From the sequence record MF459647.1: a stretch of 64,000 nucleotides of DNA; one strand, given 5' to 3'. The position numbers and the translations under genes were made by a program. The notes under the pieces were generated by a model. That model did no database searches and was not told the origin of the DNA. It worked only from the letters and a program-made list of their open reading frames with translations. Position 1 is the first letter of the stretch. Each line of letters starts with the position of its first letter. This document shows, piece after piece, positions 37,801 to 47,000 of this stretch.

Positions 37801-40800
37801 AAACGACCATTGAACCAAGTAAAGAAATCACCGATCTCTTTCTTGTCATCCGGGTTTTTCAGGTAAGGGGCAAAGAGTTGCTCAATCGGAACTTCCTTGG
37901 CAAAGCTTGCACGACCGCCTGAGATAACCACAAACTCTGACAGCTTGCTTTCGGTTTCCAGTACTTTGGTCGCCAGGTCACCGTCAACATCAGAAAGACC
38001 GTACTGAGTCAGACGTAATTTCATCTGTACTGGTTTACGGGTCATCCATTTGTACAGACCGTAACCTGCTAACCCTACACCCACAACACCCAGGGTAATC
38101 GGGTTAAACAGTAACGGCGCTGCTGCTGCAGCTAAGCCACCCATCGAGGCATTGAAGCCCAGGGCCCCTGCCGCGGCTACAGCCATCTGTGCACCACCGT
38201 AGACGGTTGCGGCAGTACTGACGCCGTTCAACACTTTCTCAGCAGCACCACCCTCTTCTACCAGACCAGAACTTGCTAAGGCATCTGAAGCATAACCTAC
38301 TGCTGCACCTACCCCCACACTCTTAACACCACGGAAGAGGCGTTTACCCCAGCTCATGCGTGGACGTGGTCTTGGTCCATTACGACGACGACGGCGACGT
38401 CTTCCACGGCGGTCACGGCGGTTGTCTTCACCCTCGTCGTCTCCACCACCTCGCATATCGTTGAAGATATCACTTAACGAATCTCCGTCCCCACCCCATT
38501 TCCCGGCAATCCATTTCACCAACGCCCCAATCCCGGTCGCTACTGTAGTAATCCCACTGGCAATTTTGGGTAATAACCCAACACCGACCTGTGCGAACTT
38601 AAACAGTGTCCCGAAACCGTTGACGATGGTTTTACCGAAGATCTTCTCAGCAATGAATTTTCCAGAAGTCAATAACCCGCCACCCAACATGCTCAACAAA
38701 CCCCAGATGCCTTTCTTCTTCGGTTTGTCTTCTTTGTCGTTTCCGCCATTCATGTTTTCTGCGATAGAGATGATAGAGTCCTTGACTTTCTCTTCTTTCT
38801 TCGCACGGGCTTTGGCTTTCTTATCTTCCAGTGAGTTTGCACGCGTTTTATCGTCAGCGTCTGCCGGGCTGAATCCTTTCGCGGCTTTGGCTGCAATGTT
38901 GCTGATACTGGCTTCATCTAACGGGTAATTGAAGTGTTTACACAGTAATGCGTAGATACGGTCAATGGATGTGATAATGGGAGTATAGTCTGCTTTCACC
39001 AATTCCTTGGTTTTGTCATAAGCATTGCGACCACCTTTAGTAAGGCTGTCTTTAGCACGCCCCAGGAAGCTCAGGCCGAGTTTACCAGCCGCACCGGTAT
39101 ATTCGCCTAGCTTATTAATAGAGACGCCCATAGACGTTTTCAGGCCACGCTCGTACTCTTCCTGAGTAATGAGACATTCGCCTTCTCGGTCGTATACCGG
39201 ACCGTCAATTTCATTCCACCCTTTCAGCACCACCGCGTTGCCGTCTTTGTCCTTCTTGACGTACTGACCGGTCTTAAACTTCTTGCCGATCAACACCGGT
39301 GATTTCTCGCCTTCTTTATACACATCCATCTGGTTAAAGCGGGTCGCAATCTTGTTACCAATTGCAGACGCACGACCAAACGGATCGATAAACTTAAACG
39401 CTGTCACTAACGCATTGCGGATTTTGTCCATGCCTTTTAACAGCACAGCCTTGTTCTCCGCGGTGAACAGTTTCTTAGCCAGCTTAGACCCAGCAATGTA
39501 AACACCGGTTGCTACGTCTTTTACTGTACCCACGATTTGGCTCCAGGATTTGATTAAGAATCCTTTTGCGGCATCGTAGTAGTCCCCGTTCTTCAGTTTG
39601 CGGGCTTCCAGAATCGGATCGGTTGACCCTTCTTCATAGAGGTCCTCGTCATCACTGACGTCCTGTGCTTTAGCGGTTTGACGGAGTTTACTGTAAGCGG
39701 TTGCTGCTAGTCCTCCTACGCCAATCAGTGCTGCCATTTTCGGATCATGGAAGGCAAGCCCTGCCAATGACCCCAGCATCCCACCCAGTAACAACGGTTC
39801 GTTTCTCATTAAGAGTTCGGTGCCTTTGTTAAACAGGTTGCGAGGACTGATAGCTTTAATGCGGTCGAGAATGCTGCGCTTCTGTTGATCCACTGCTTTG
39901 TCTTCGGCTTCCGCTTTTGCTGGGTCACGAGGAATGCCCGGTGCTTTGGCCAACAGTTTCTCTAACAGTTCGTTGCGGGAGGTCGCCATGCCGATGAGAC
40001 TGTCCAGTTTCTCATTGGTTTGACTCATGGGTCCCAGCAAGGGGTTAAAATCAACGTTAAACGCACCCTGCAGCCCTTTCAGCTCAGTGCCGATGTTAGC
40101 CAAGGATTTCAGCGTCTCGGGTGAGAAGGCTGTCTGGAGTCCTTTAATCGACTCTTCTAATCCACTGGTGTCTAACTTGGCCTGGATGTTTTGTGTGATG
40201 GAAGTATCACCACCCAGGAACTGGCGGGTCTTGCTTTCAGGATCGGTAGACGGTGCGTCTTCTTCGAACTTGTGGTTTTTGTCTGCAATGATTTTCTGCA
40301 AACGTTCCCACCCGATACTGGTGTCAATTTCCTCTACGCCATTACGGGTTTTAATGATACCGGCTTCACGCAGGTGGTCGTAGTAACCGCTGTTACGTAA
40401 CAGGTCAATCTGCTCTTTGACGTTCGGGTTAAACTGAGCCAGATAGTTCGCTGAATCAGCCACATCGTTTGCCAGCTTACGTCCTTTCTTCGACGGCAGA
40501 TTGGTAATCAGCTTAGCGCGGTCCATGTCCGTGCCATTGAAGAACTTGTCCATGTGTTCATCAGTGATACCAAAGTTGGCTTTCATCAACTGACGGATCT
40601 CTTCAGCGGCTTTAGGGTCCACACCCTGCTGTTCCAGGTCGAGATAGTTGTACGGCGAGAACCCGAGGTTCTTGTCTGCATCCTGAGCCAACCGCATCGC
40701 GAAGATAGAGTTGGATTGCTCGCTCAGGATACCGTCTTTGTCAATGGTTTTCGCCAGGTTGTTGCTGGCGTCTGCCTGGTTAACAAGTTGACGGCGATTG

Positions 40801-42443
40801 TAGACTTGACCCAATACACCCTTCACGGCTTCACGGTGAGAGATGAAGCGACCCTTGACATAGTCGTAGGTTTGCGGCTTCAGGGAATCGTCACCGGTAC
40901 GCAGCTTCTCTAAAGACAGGTGAATCTGAGAGAACCACTGCGGAATGATTTCGTTCAGGGTGCGGTCAGAACGTACGGTCCAGGTGTAGGGGTTGATACC
41001 GTCTTTTAACGAACGACGAGCCAAGGTGTACTGTGTACCTCGGTTACCGTAAACGTTATCGAGCACGGAGCTCATTCCTTTATTACCTAACTTCTTCGCC
41101 TTCTGGGTCGCCCACCACAACGTCTTCGATTCAGGCTTTTCTCCCGGAGCCAGTGAGTTCACGTATTCTTCATACGTCTGGTCTTCGGAATAGTCTTCAC
41201 CTTGGTAATACTTCGCCAGGGTGTTAACGGTGCCTTCTGCGTTCGTGGCGTTGTAGGACAGGATACTGCCCCAGTCAGCCAACTTCGCATAACGACGACG
41301 AATCTCACGGGCCAGCTTCGGGTTCTTGGCCGCAGCCTTGCGAATCAGCTCACGCCCTTTCTTGGAACGCAGCAAGTCCGGAATCTTGTCAATGAGCGCA
41401 GACCCAACCATACGACCGGCCATATCGAACATGTCCATGTCCATGCCTTCGGTCATCTCGAGACCCATACGGGCGTCACCAAGAATTCCACCCCACTCAT
41501 CGACCATGTCCTTACGACGGTCGCGCCCAAAGGTTTCTTTCGCCCAATCCCGAATCCCACCGAACTTCCCACTTACCGTAGAGAACATGGAATCACGCAT
41601 GGTCTTACGAGCAGCTTGGTTCAATGACGTCTTTTCAAAGTCCGACATCTGAGCATACTTGGAAACGGTCTTCAACTCATTGATCATGCGATGATGAGAC
41701 GCTTCCATGAACTTGTAGTATTTCGCATTGGTGATGTGCATGCGGGCCAGAAGGTTAATCTTCATGGCGTCATTGCGTGCCTGTACCTTTTGCTGATAGC
41801 GCACCAACTGCTGGATGCCTAACTGAATACCACTTAACGCCTGGTTACTGATGCCCAGTGCACTGAGCGTACGACCCCCCACCTGAGACATGGATTTGGT
41901 CAGTGCGTCAGTCATCCCCACCATTAACCCATTACGACGTCCTTCTGCGGCCTGGTTGCTTTCCAGCAAACGCTTGACGTCATCATCTGACGCTTCGCCT
42001 ACAGACGGGTCGTTATTGGAGGTGGCAGAGGAACTCTTTTCCCAGCTGCTGAAATCGCGTTCGCTGAACGATTCAACGGTGTTGGCGATTTTATTAGGAG
42101 CGAATTTTCGAAGGCTAGCCACAGAGCGACCTGCAAGATATTGCAAATCTTTCACCGCGTCAGCACTGTCGTTCTTCATCTCCTCCAGGATAGTTCGACG
42201 GATAGTGTTAGCCTGATTCACCGTATTAAAGAAGTTGGTGTACGACTTCGGCAATACGGTACGTAACGTTTTTATTTTGGCGTCGGTGTCGCCGTAGGTG
42301 TTTTCTTTGATGCCTGACAGGAAACCACTAGCGAAGGAGTGCAATCTCCCTTTCTTGCTCGTGTTTCCGTCGAAGTCCATATCAAAGTCTAAATCACCAT
42401 CAAAAGGATCGTCACCCCAATCCATATCAAAATCGTCACTCAT
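34824..42443 (-). CDS. Tape-measure-like giant tail protein with GH19 lysozyme/chitinase-like and peptidase M15-like domains (phiKZ gp181 / SPN3US gp239 position)
   Basis: 2539 aa from ATG 42443 (GAGG RBS). GH19: ALCAYESG..TTEN...GDGWLYRGRGFVQLTGRANY (about 35900-36450). M15-like: SLHKRGLALDF...GHIHV (about 35250-35600). Confidence 0.85.
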   Translation of the reverse strand: MSDDFDMDWGDDPFDGDLDFDMDFDGNTSKKGRLHSFASGFLSGIKENTYGDTDAKIKTLRTVLPKSYTNFFNTVNQANTIRRTILEEMKNDSADAVKDLQYLAGRSVASLRKFAPNKIANTVESFSERDFSSWEKSSSATSNNDPSVGEASDDDVKRLLESNQAAEGRRNGLMVGMTDALTKSMSQVGGRTLSALGISNQALSGIQLGIQQLVRYQQKVQARNDAMKINLLARMHITNAKYYKFMEASHHRMINELKTVSKYAQMSDFEKTSLNQAARKTMRDSMFSTVSGKFGGIRDWAKETFGRDRRKDMVDEWGGILGDARMGLEMTEGMDMDMFDMAGRMVGSALIDKIPDLLRSKKGRELIRKAAAKNPKLAREIRRRYAKLADWGSILSYNATNAEGTVNTLAKYYQGEDYSEDQTYEEYVNSLAPGEKPESKTLWWATQKAKKLGNKGMSSVLDNVYGNRGTQYTLARRSLKDGINPYTWTVRSDRTLNEIIPQWFSQIHLSLEKLRTGDDSLKPQTYDYVKGRFISHREAVKGVLGQVYNRRQLVNQADASNNLAKTIDKDGILSEQSNSIFAMRLAQDADKNLGFSPYNYLDLEQQGVDPKAAEEIRQLMKANFGITDEHMDKFFNGTDMDRAKLITNLPSKKGRKLANDVADSANYLAQFNPNVKEQIDLLRNSGYYDHLREAGIIKTRNGVEEIDTSIGWERLQKIIADKNHKFEEDAPSTDPESKTRQFLGGDTSITQNIQAKLDTSGLEESIKGLQTAFSPETLKSLANIGTELKGLQGAFNVDFNPLLGPMSQTNEKLDSLIGMATSRNELLEKLLAKAPGIPRDPAKAEAEDKAVDQQKRSILDRIKAISPRNLFNKGTELLMRNEPLLLGGMLGSLAGLAFHDPKMAALIGVGGLAATAYSKLRQTAKAQDVSDDEDLYEEGSTDPILEARKLKNGDYYDAAKGFLIKSWSQIVGTVKDVATGVYIAGSKLAKKLFTAENKAVLLKGMDKIRNALVTAFKFIDPFGRASAIGNKIATRFNQMDVYKEGEKSPVLIGKKFKTGQYVKKDKDGNAVVLKGWNEIDGPVYDREGECLITQEEYERGLKTSMGVSINKLGEYTGAAGKLGLSFLGRAKDSLTKGGRNAYDKTKELVKADYTPIITSIDRIYALLCKHFNYPLDEASISNIAAKAAKGFSPADADDKTRANSLEDKKAKARAKKEEKVKDSIISIAENMNGGNDKEDKPKKKGIWGLLSMLGGGLLTSGKFIAEKIFGKTIVNGFGTLFKFAQVGVGLLPKIASGITTVATGIGALVKWIAGKWGGDGDSLSDIFNDMRGGGDDEGEDNRRDRRGRRRRRRRNGPRPRPRMSWGKRLFRGVKSVGVGAAVGYASDALASSGLVEEGGAAEKVLNGVSTAATVYGGAQMAVAAAGALGFNASMGGLAAAAAPLLFNPITLGVVGVGLAGYGLYKWMTRKPVQMKLRLTQYGLSDVDGDLATKVLETESKLSEFVVISGGRASFAKEVPIEQLFAPYLKNPDDKKEIGDFFTWFNGRFKPVYLTYMACLDSVKFKTLEEYDKDETLKVSQIANKAHDALISLMPNPYSIQASIDKDTAILPQQETMARVSDYLKDLNKEYGNPNKNGGTIKTLGTVGAATKKGLEEEKKALEEKAKNPSMFGLFGGSTDYAGARQAEARIKQIDKEIEELNKAYKPGSIAAEANISDLLPEKGTMDLLTALRLAAYGNEFNTPWRVQAVLKLERYMEGQIQLVGGDVRFVGKTGDAYAAFKDAFRIDKDKSKDWALWFRDRFLPVMMTYVRTLQKYRRGLPKDVWRTLTATAKYEIAQELVNTTVRIEDKVYSIWDIKTSPFHYTLSSPRTMKVDETLKMMANLSNQAKLADPMKEAAKTSAKRMVETNEVHKTGGQETKYNPATGPANNRADQARGGGSNSESSGFSAGGHSLYNTADFYQYNPIEGNSNTASVNLAGVQQNPGDDTGVTVPRKAAEQLIIKEMIAQGFKDPRAIAEMLALCAYESGNFQRTTENMKYTNPEQMVKLFREIKTVEQARQLIQAGPVAIANTVYGGGKGASIGNIAPGDGWLYRGRGFVQLTGRANYRKIGQEIGVDLENNPKLASTDPVTMAKIAVNFFKNSKQLQSITQNGNFGYAALGLNGGNDLPGMDKRFAMYKDYLAKLAGGELKPEEGPTEAGATPNPAQGNTPPALPTGTPAAPGAGGSPGGAPSMGGTPYPTMTNVAPPPPTGMTYNNAGDGFNNTMGTLGEATGSRVSDFGGLKIKSQETVAGGPIHPGLKRLAELIQAKVPNFNRFTALNDAYHQSKPGNSLHKRGLALDFTCTNGAAGASQAIAAVQQIMASAGMGKGDYYILNEYQVTTANTTGGHIHVDLRSEESAAKFLGKAGVNLERTPGMPEAPSEVPRNAPPSPYGVPAGDGGAEAASPAPTGPMGVNPTAAAPQPTPATPPMAPAPAAPAAAPQSAPAPAPTLDLSALSDTLAKVLASGDQAQIQLMQQMVQQLTELNKNMASRPESVKV

Positions 42444-42468
42444 TTTAATCCTCTTTTGGTAATGATTT

Positions 42469-44088
42469 ATGAAACCCACCAATCTAAAATTACTTGATCC
42501 CAAAAGCATTTTGCCGGGAGTAATAAAGCCTATTACCTCTACCGATGCTTTTGAAGGGATGACAAAAAACCTGAACGAAGAGGGTCTTTATTCGACCACT
42601 ATCTTCGGACGTGTCGGTACGGATGAGCGTGACAGTACTTTGGGACACATCCCTACCGGCCTGTCTATTTTCAACCCCACATACTTCAAAGCCTTGGTAC
42701 AGCTGAAATCTCTGTACCTCGGAATCATCAAAGGAACGGAATACGCCCTATGGGATAGTCAGGAGAAGGATTTCATAAAATCCAACATCCTCGAAGGCGA
42801 AACCGGTTATTCCTTTTTTATGCGCCATTTTGGGGAAATTGTTCCCAAGGAAACCGGGTCGTATAAACGTAAGCAGCGTATCAAAATGTTTGAAACGCAG
42901 AAGGCCGTTGCCTTAACGAATAAGGTGATTGTGATTCCGGCCGGCTTACGTGATATCCAGTTCCAACCCAATGGCCAGGTGCAGGAAGCAGAGCTTAACG
43001 AGTTCTACCGTAAGCTGATGTTTAAGACACGTGCCGTATCCGGGGTCACTGAGCGGGACGAAGATAACCCGTTGTATGACAGTGTGCGGTGGGGATTGCA
43101 GAACGCCTTTAACGACATTGACCAATACCTGTTTGAAATGTCAGAAGGTAAAGGGGGGTTGTTCCAGCACAAAATGGGGACCCGTGGTGTGGTTGGGGGA
43201 AGTCGTAACGTTATTACGGCACGTGTGGTTTCTCGTCCCCGTTTGTTTGAATACAACGGCGTACACCCCAACAGCACCGACATGGGTTTGTACCAATCCA
43301 TCATGAACAACCAGTATGTGTGTATCTACGCCATGCTGAACGGGTACCTGGATCAAATCTTTACCCGAGGGTCAACCACAGCCAAACTCACGAACCAGAA
43401 AACCCTGGAGATGGAGTACGTGGACCTGGAAGCGGAAACCATTGATAAATGGACAAGTTCCGAAGGGTTGATTAAACTGTTCAATGGATTTGCGAACACC
43501 CACCTGCGCCACAAACCGATTAAAATCAAAGGCTATTATCTCGGCCTGGTGTACGATGATGGCAAGGAAGTTAAAATCCTGTCAGACATTTCGGAACTGC
43601 CACCGGACCGCAATAAAAAGTTTGTCACCCCCTTAACGTATATCGAGCTGCTTTATATCAGCTGTCAACGTATTCTGTTGGACCAGTTAAACCAGCAGAC
43701 CCGTTACCCGATTACTGGCTTGGGTTCTATCTATCCGTCTGAGATTAACCTGCTGACCATTGCAGGGGCAACGTCTCGTCATTTCCTGGACGAATATTGG
43801 GAACCACAGGACATCTGTCATCGTTATCCACACAAGACCGAACACCCCAGCTACTTTGATGCCATGGCGGTGGACCCAAGCCGTGAGGCCGGGTTAGGGT
43901 CGGACCACGATGGGGATGCCTTGTCAGCGATTGCCGTCAACGGGGAAGACAGTAAGAAAGAGGCCCGGTCGTTATTAGGCAAACGTGAATACTACATCGG
44001 CGGTACAGGGGACTTCCTTTATGACCCTGTTAACGAACCGTTGCTGTTCATGTTTAAAGCCGCGACATCAGGATTGAATACCCAATGA
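42469..44088 (+). CDS. Virion RNA polymerase beta' catalytic fragment (phiKZ gp180 / SPN3US gp240-like)
   Basis: EGLYSTTIFG, IVIPAGLRDI, catalytic GSDHDGD (DxDGD). Confidence 0.9.
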   Translation: MKPTNLKLLDPKSILPGVIKPITSTDAFEGMTKNLNEEGLYSTTIFGRVGTDERDSTLGHIPTGLSIFNPTYFKALVQLKSLYLGIIKGTEYALWDSQEKDFIKSNILEGETGYSFFMRHFGEIVPKETGSYKRKQRIKMFETQKAVALTNKVIVIPAGLRDIQFQPNGQVQEAELNEFYRKLMFKTRAVSGVTERDEDNPLYDSVRWGLQNAFNDIDQYLFEMSEGKGGLFQHKMGTRGVVGGSRNVITARVVSRPRLFEYNGVHPNSTDMGLYQSIMNNQYVCIYAMLNGYLDQIFTRGSTTAKLTNQKTLEMEYVDLEAETIDKWTSSEGLIKLFNGFANTHLRHKPIKIKGYYLGLVYDDGKEVKILSDISELPPDRNKKFVTPLTYIELLYISCQRILLDQLNQQTRYPITGLGSIYPSEINLLTIAGATSRHFLDEYWEPQDICHRYPHKTEHPSYFDAMAVDPSREAGLGSDHDGDALSAIAVNGEDSKKEARSLLGKREYYIGGTGDFLYDPVNEPLLFMFKAATSGLNTQ

Positions 44089-47000
44089 AAACATTAGTGT
44101 ACAGTGAGTTCTTCCGTTCGTTTGTACTGCGTAAGAAAACCGAGTTAGTGCAACCTAACTTTCTGCCGATTAGCGAAATCTTTTTACCGAAGTTTAGTCT
44201 GATCCATTACCTGCCTAAACATGCACAGGAATATGGTCCGGCAGTCACTGAACCGTTCATCAGTAATTTCCCCAAAGATGTCTTTATTGATTTCGTGCTG
44301 GACTTTGATCCGGTATTAGGGAAAGGGCACAACGTGGCATTTGATAAACTCAAAGCCATTAAAGCCTACCGTAGCAGCCACTACACCTACAACTGGACCC
44401 GCAACATCAGTTCAATCTATGGTCGTGAAAACGTGTTGGTGGTTGAGAACTACGGCCTGATGGAAAAGAACTGGGCGTATCGTCCTAGTGTCTTTGCTCA
44501 ATACGAACAGTACTACAACCGGATGCGGGAAGTGCTGGTCAACGTTAATGCACAGAGCAAGCTGGCGAAACGTAAGCAGTTCCTGCGTATTGACCTGCCG
44601 TTGGTTATGCCGGAGTTCAAAGGACTTCAGGAAGACTACCGACATCATTTGAAAAGCTTTGAGAACGGGTTGCCTAATCCGACCCGTCAGAGCATTCGTT
44701 TAACCAAACGTGAAAACAGTTACTGGGTTCTGGATTGGTACGCGTTCCTGCTGGGCGATTACGAACACTCAATGTTCGGTCAACTCAGTGATGAGGCGTT
44801 GGACGACCTTCACTTAATCTTTACCTTTAACAGTAAATGTTTGGTGGTTAACCTTGGTTTGATTAAACAGTGGTTTGATGAAATCAAGAAGGATGCTCAA
44901 CGGTTAAACGCAACCAAACGTTTTTATCTGGCGCTGATTAACTTGACTCGCGGTGGCGTCTCTGAAAAAGAGATTGTCGAAGAAGAGGAAGAAAATGGAA
45001 CCGCTACTGCCGACGCCGGCAAAGCCAAAGCGCAAGCTCCTGTGGTTGAAGCAGAGGGAAGCGATGAAACGGGGGGAGATACCGGATCAGAAACCGAGGA
45101 CGTTTCTGGCACGTCTCAGTCTACCGGCTCTGCTGCTCCTGCTGGTGATATTCTTGACGTTTTCGGTAGCAATAAAGGTAGTAACCCAGGAAGTGATGAC
45201 GCCGCCGGAAATCCGGGAAGCGGAGCTGATGCTGAAAGTGATCCAGACGCCGGAGTTCAAGATGTAGCCGAAGACTGGACCGGGGATGTTGACGACCGTT
45301 TGTTAGAGGAAGAAACGTCACAAGACGAAGAAGTCCACTACGACAAGCGTGACGTGTTTGACAACCCGATGCAGGGCATTCAGATGGCACTGGAAGAGCG
45401 TGCCCGTGACGGTTCACTGAGCGTTGCTGAGCAAGAGTTCTTTGTGCGTAAAGGCAGCCGCTATCTGGAAATCGAAATGAACGACGGCAAGAACTTTGCT
45501 GAATTCATGGAGATTCAACCTGAAGAACTGAAAACGCTGAAAGCCGACGCCCAGGTGACCGGTGAGTTCACTACCGTGCTGGACGAAAGTATGCTGCAAA
45601 ACCGCGCGGCGGTACTGCGTAAAGATTACGTCAACAAAGGTCTGTTGATGAAAGACATTACGCGCTGTGTGCTGGGTATTCAAAACGCTGGGGTGTGCTT
45701 AACCGACTTCCGCCACGAACGTATTACCAACGTGGCCGGCAGCTACGATACCTTTACTCTGCAGATGCACCCTGTGGACGGCAGTCAGTCTACTCGCCAG
45801 ATTCGTATTCCGGCAGTGGACAAAGACGGCATGTTCATGGTAGATGAAGTGAAGTACCATCTTCAGCTGCAGCGTATGGAATTGCCGATTCGCAAAATCA
45901 ACGAACGTCAGGTCGCCTTAACCAGTTACTACGACAGCAAGTTGATGATCAGCCGTAACGATAAAGCCAACGACGATTATGCCCGCTGGTTAATCAAGCA
46001 GATTCAGGCACAGGCCACGGATAAGAAGATTGTTATTCGTAATGGTAACGTCTATGACAAAACCATGAAAACGCCGCGTCTGTACAGCATGATGGCCAAG
46101 AAGTTCCAGGACATCAGCATCAAAGACCCTGAGATGACCTTCGACTTCAACTTCCACAAACTGGTTGAAGCCCATCCTGAATTTAAAGACTACAACAAGC
46201 TCGATAAATTCCTGATTGGGGTAAAAGGCAAAGACCCTATCTGGGTTGACGACTACGGTAACGTGTACGTCGGTCAGAAAGAGCAGGGAACCTTTGAGTC
46301 GCTGTTGGGTATCAGTACCCGTAAAGCGCCGCTGGAACACTGTGTGGTTAACATCCGTGGCTATCAGTTCCCGATTGGTGTGGTGCTGTGTTACTACTTC
46401 GGTATTGACAAGCTGCTGAAAATCATCAAAGCACAAACCCGTACGGTGCCGATGGGCAACAAGCCTAACCTAACCGAAGACGAGTTTGCCATGGTGTTCA
46501 ACGATGAGTATCTCATTTTTAACCGCCGTGAACGTCTCACCACGTTAATCTTTGGTGGTATGGTTGGGTTAACGAACCTGAGCAACTTCAGCCGTGTGGA
46601 CCTGAACAACAAAGGTGTCTGGGTGCCGTTGATGGGAGACCCGAAAGTCAAACCGACGCACTTCAAAGAAATGAAGAACATCTTTGACCTGTTCATCGAC
46701 CCGATTACCAAAGACGAACTGAAGCGCATGGGGTACTCGGTCACGATTCACTACCTGCTGATTGATGCGGTTAAACTGTTGATGACAGATTACACCCGTC
46801 ATGAAGTTGAGCTGGAAGAACAGCGTGTGGTGGGGTATGAACGTTTCGCCGGTCAGATTTACGGCGAGCTGTGTCGTTCTATTCGTCAATACCGTAATAA
46901 AGGTGGCGATCGTAAACACACCGTGGACCTTAACCCGGAAGGTGTTATCCTCGGCATCATCACGGACACCTCTGTGAACTCCGTGGAAGAAGTCAGTCCG

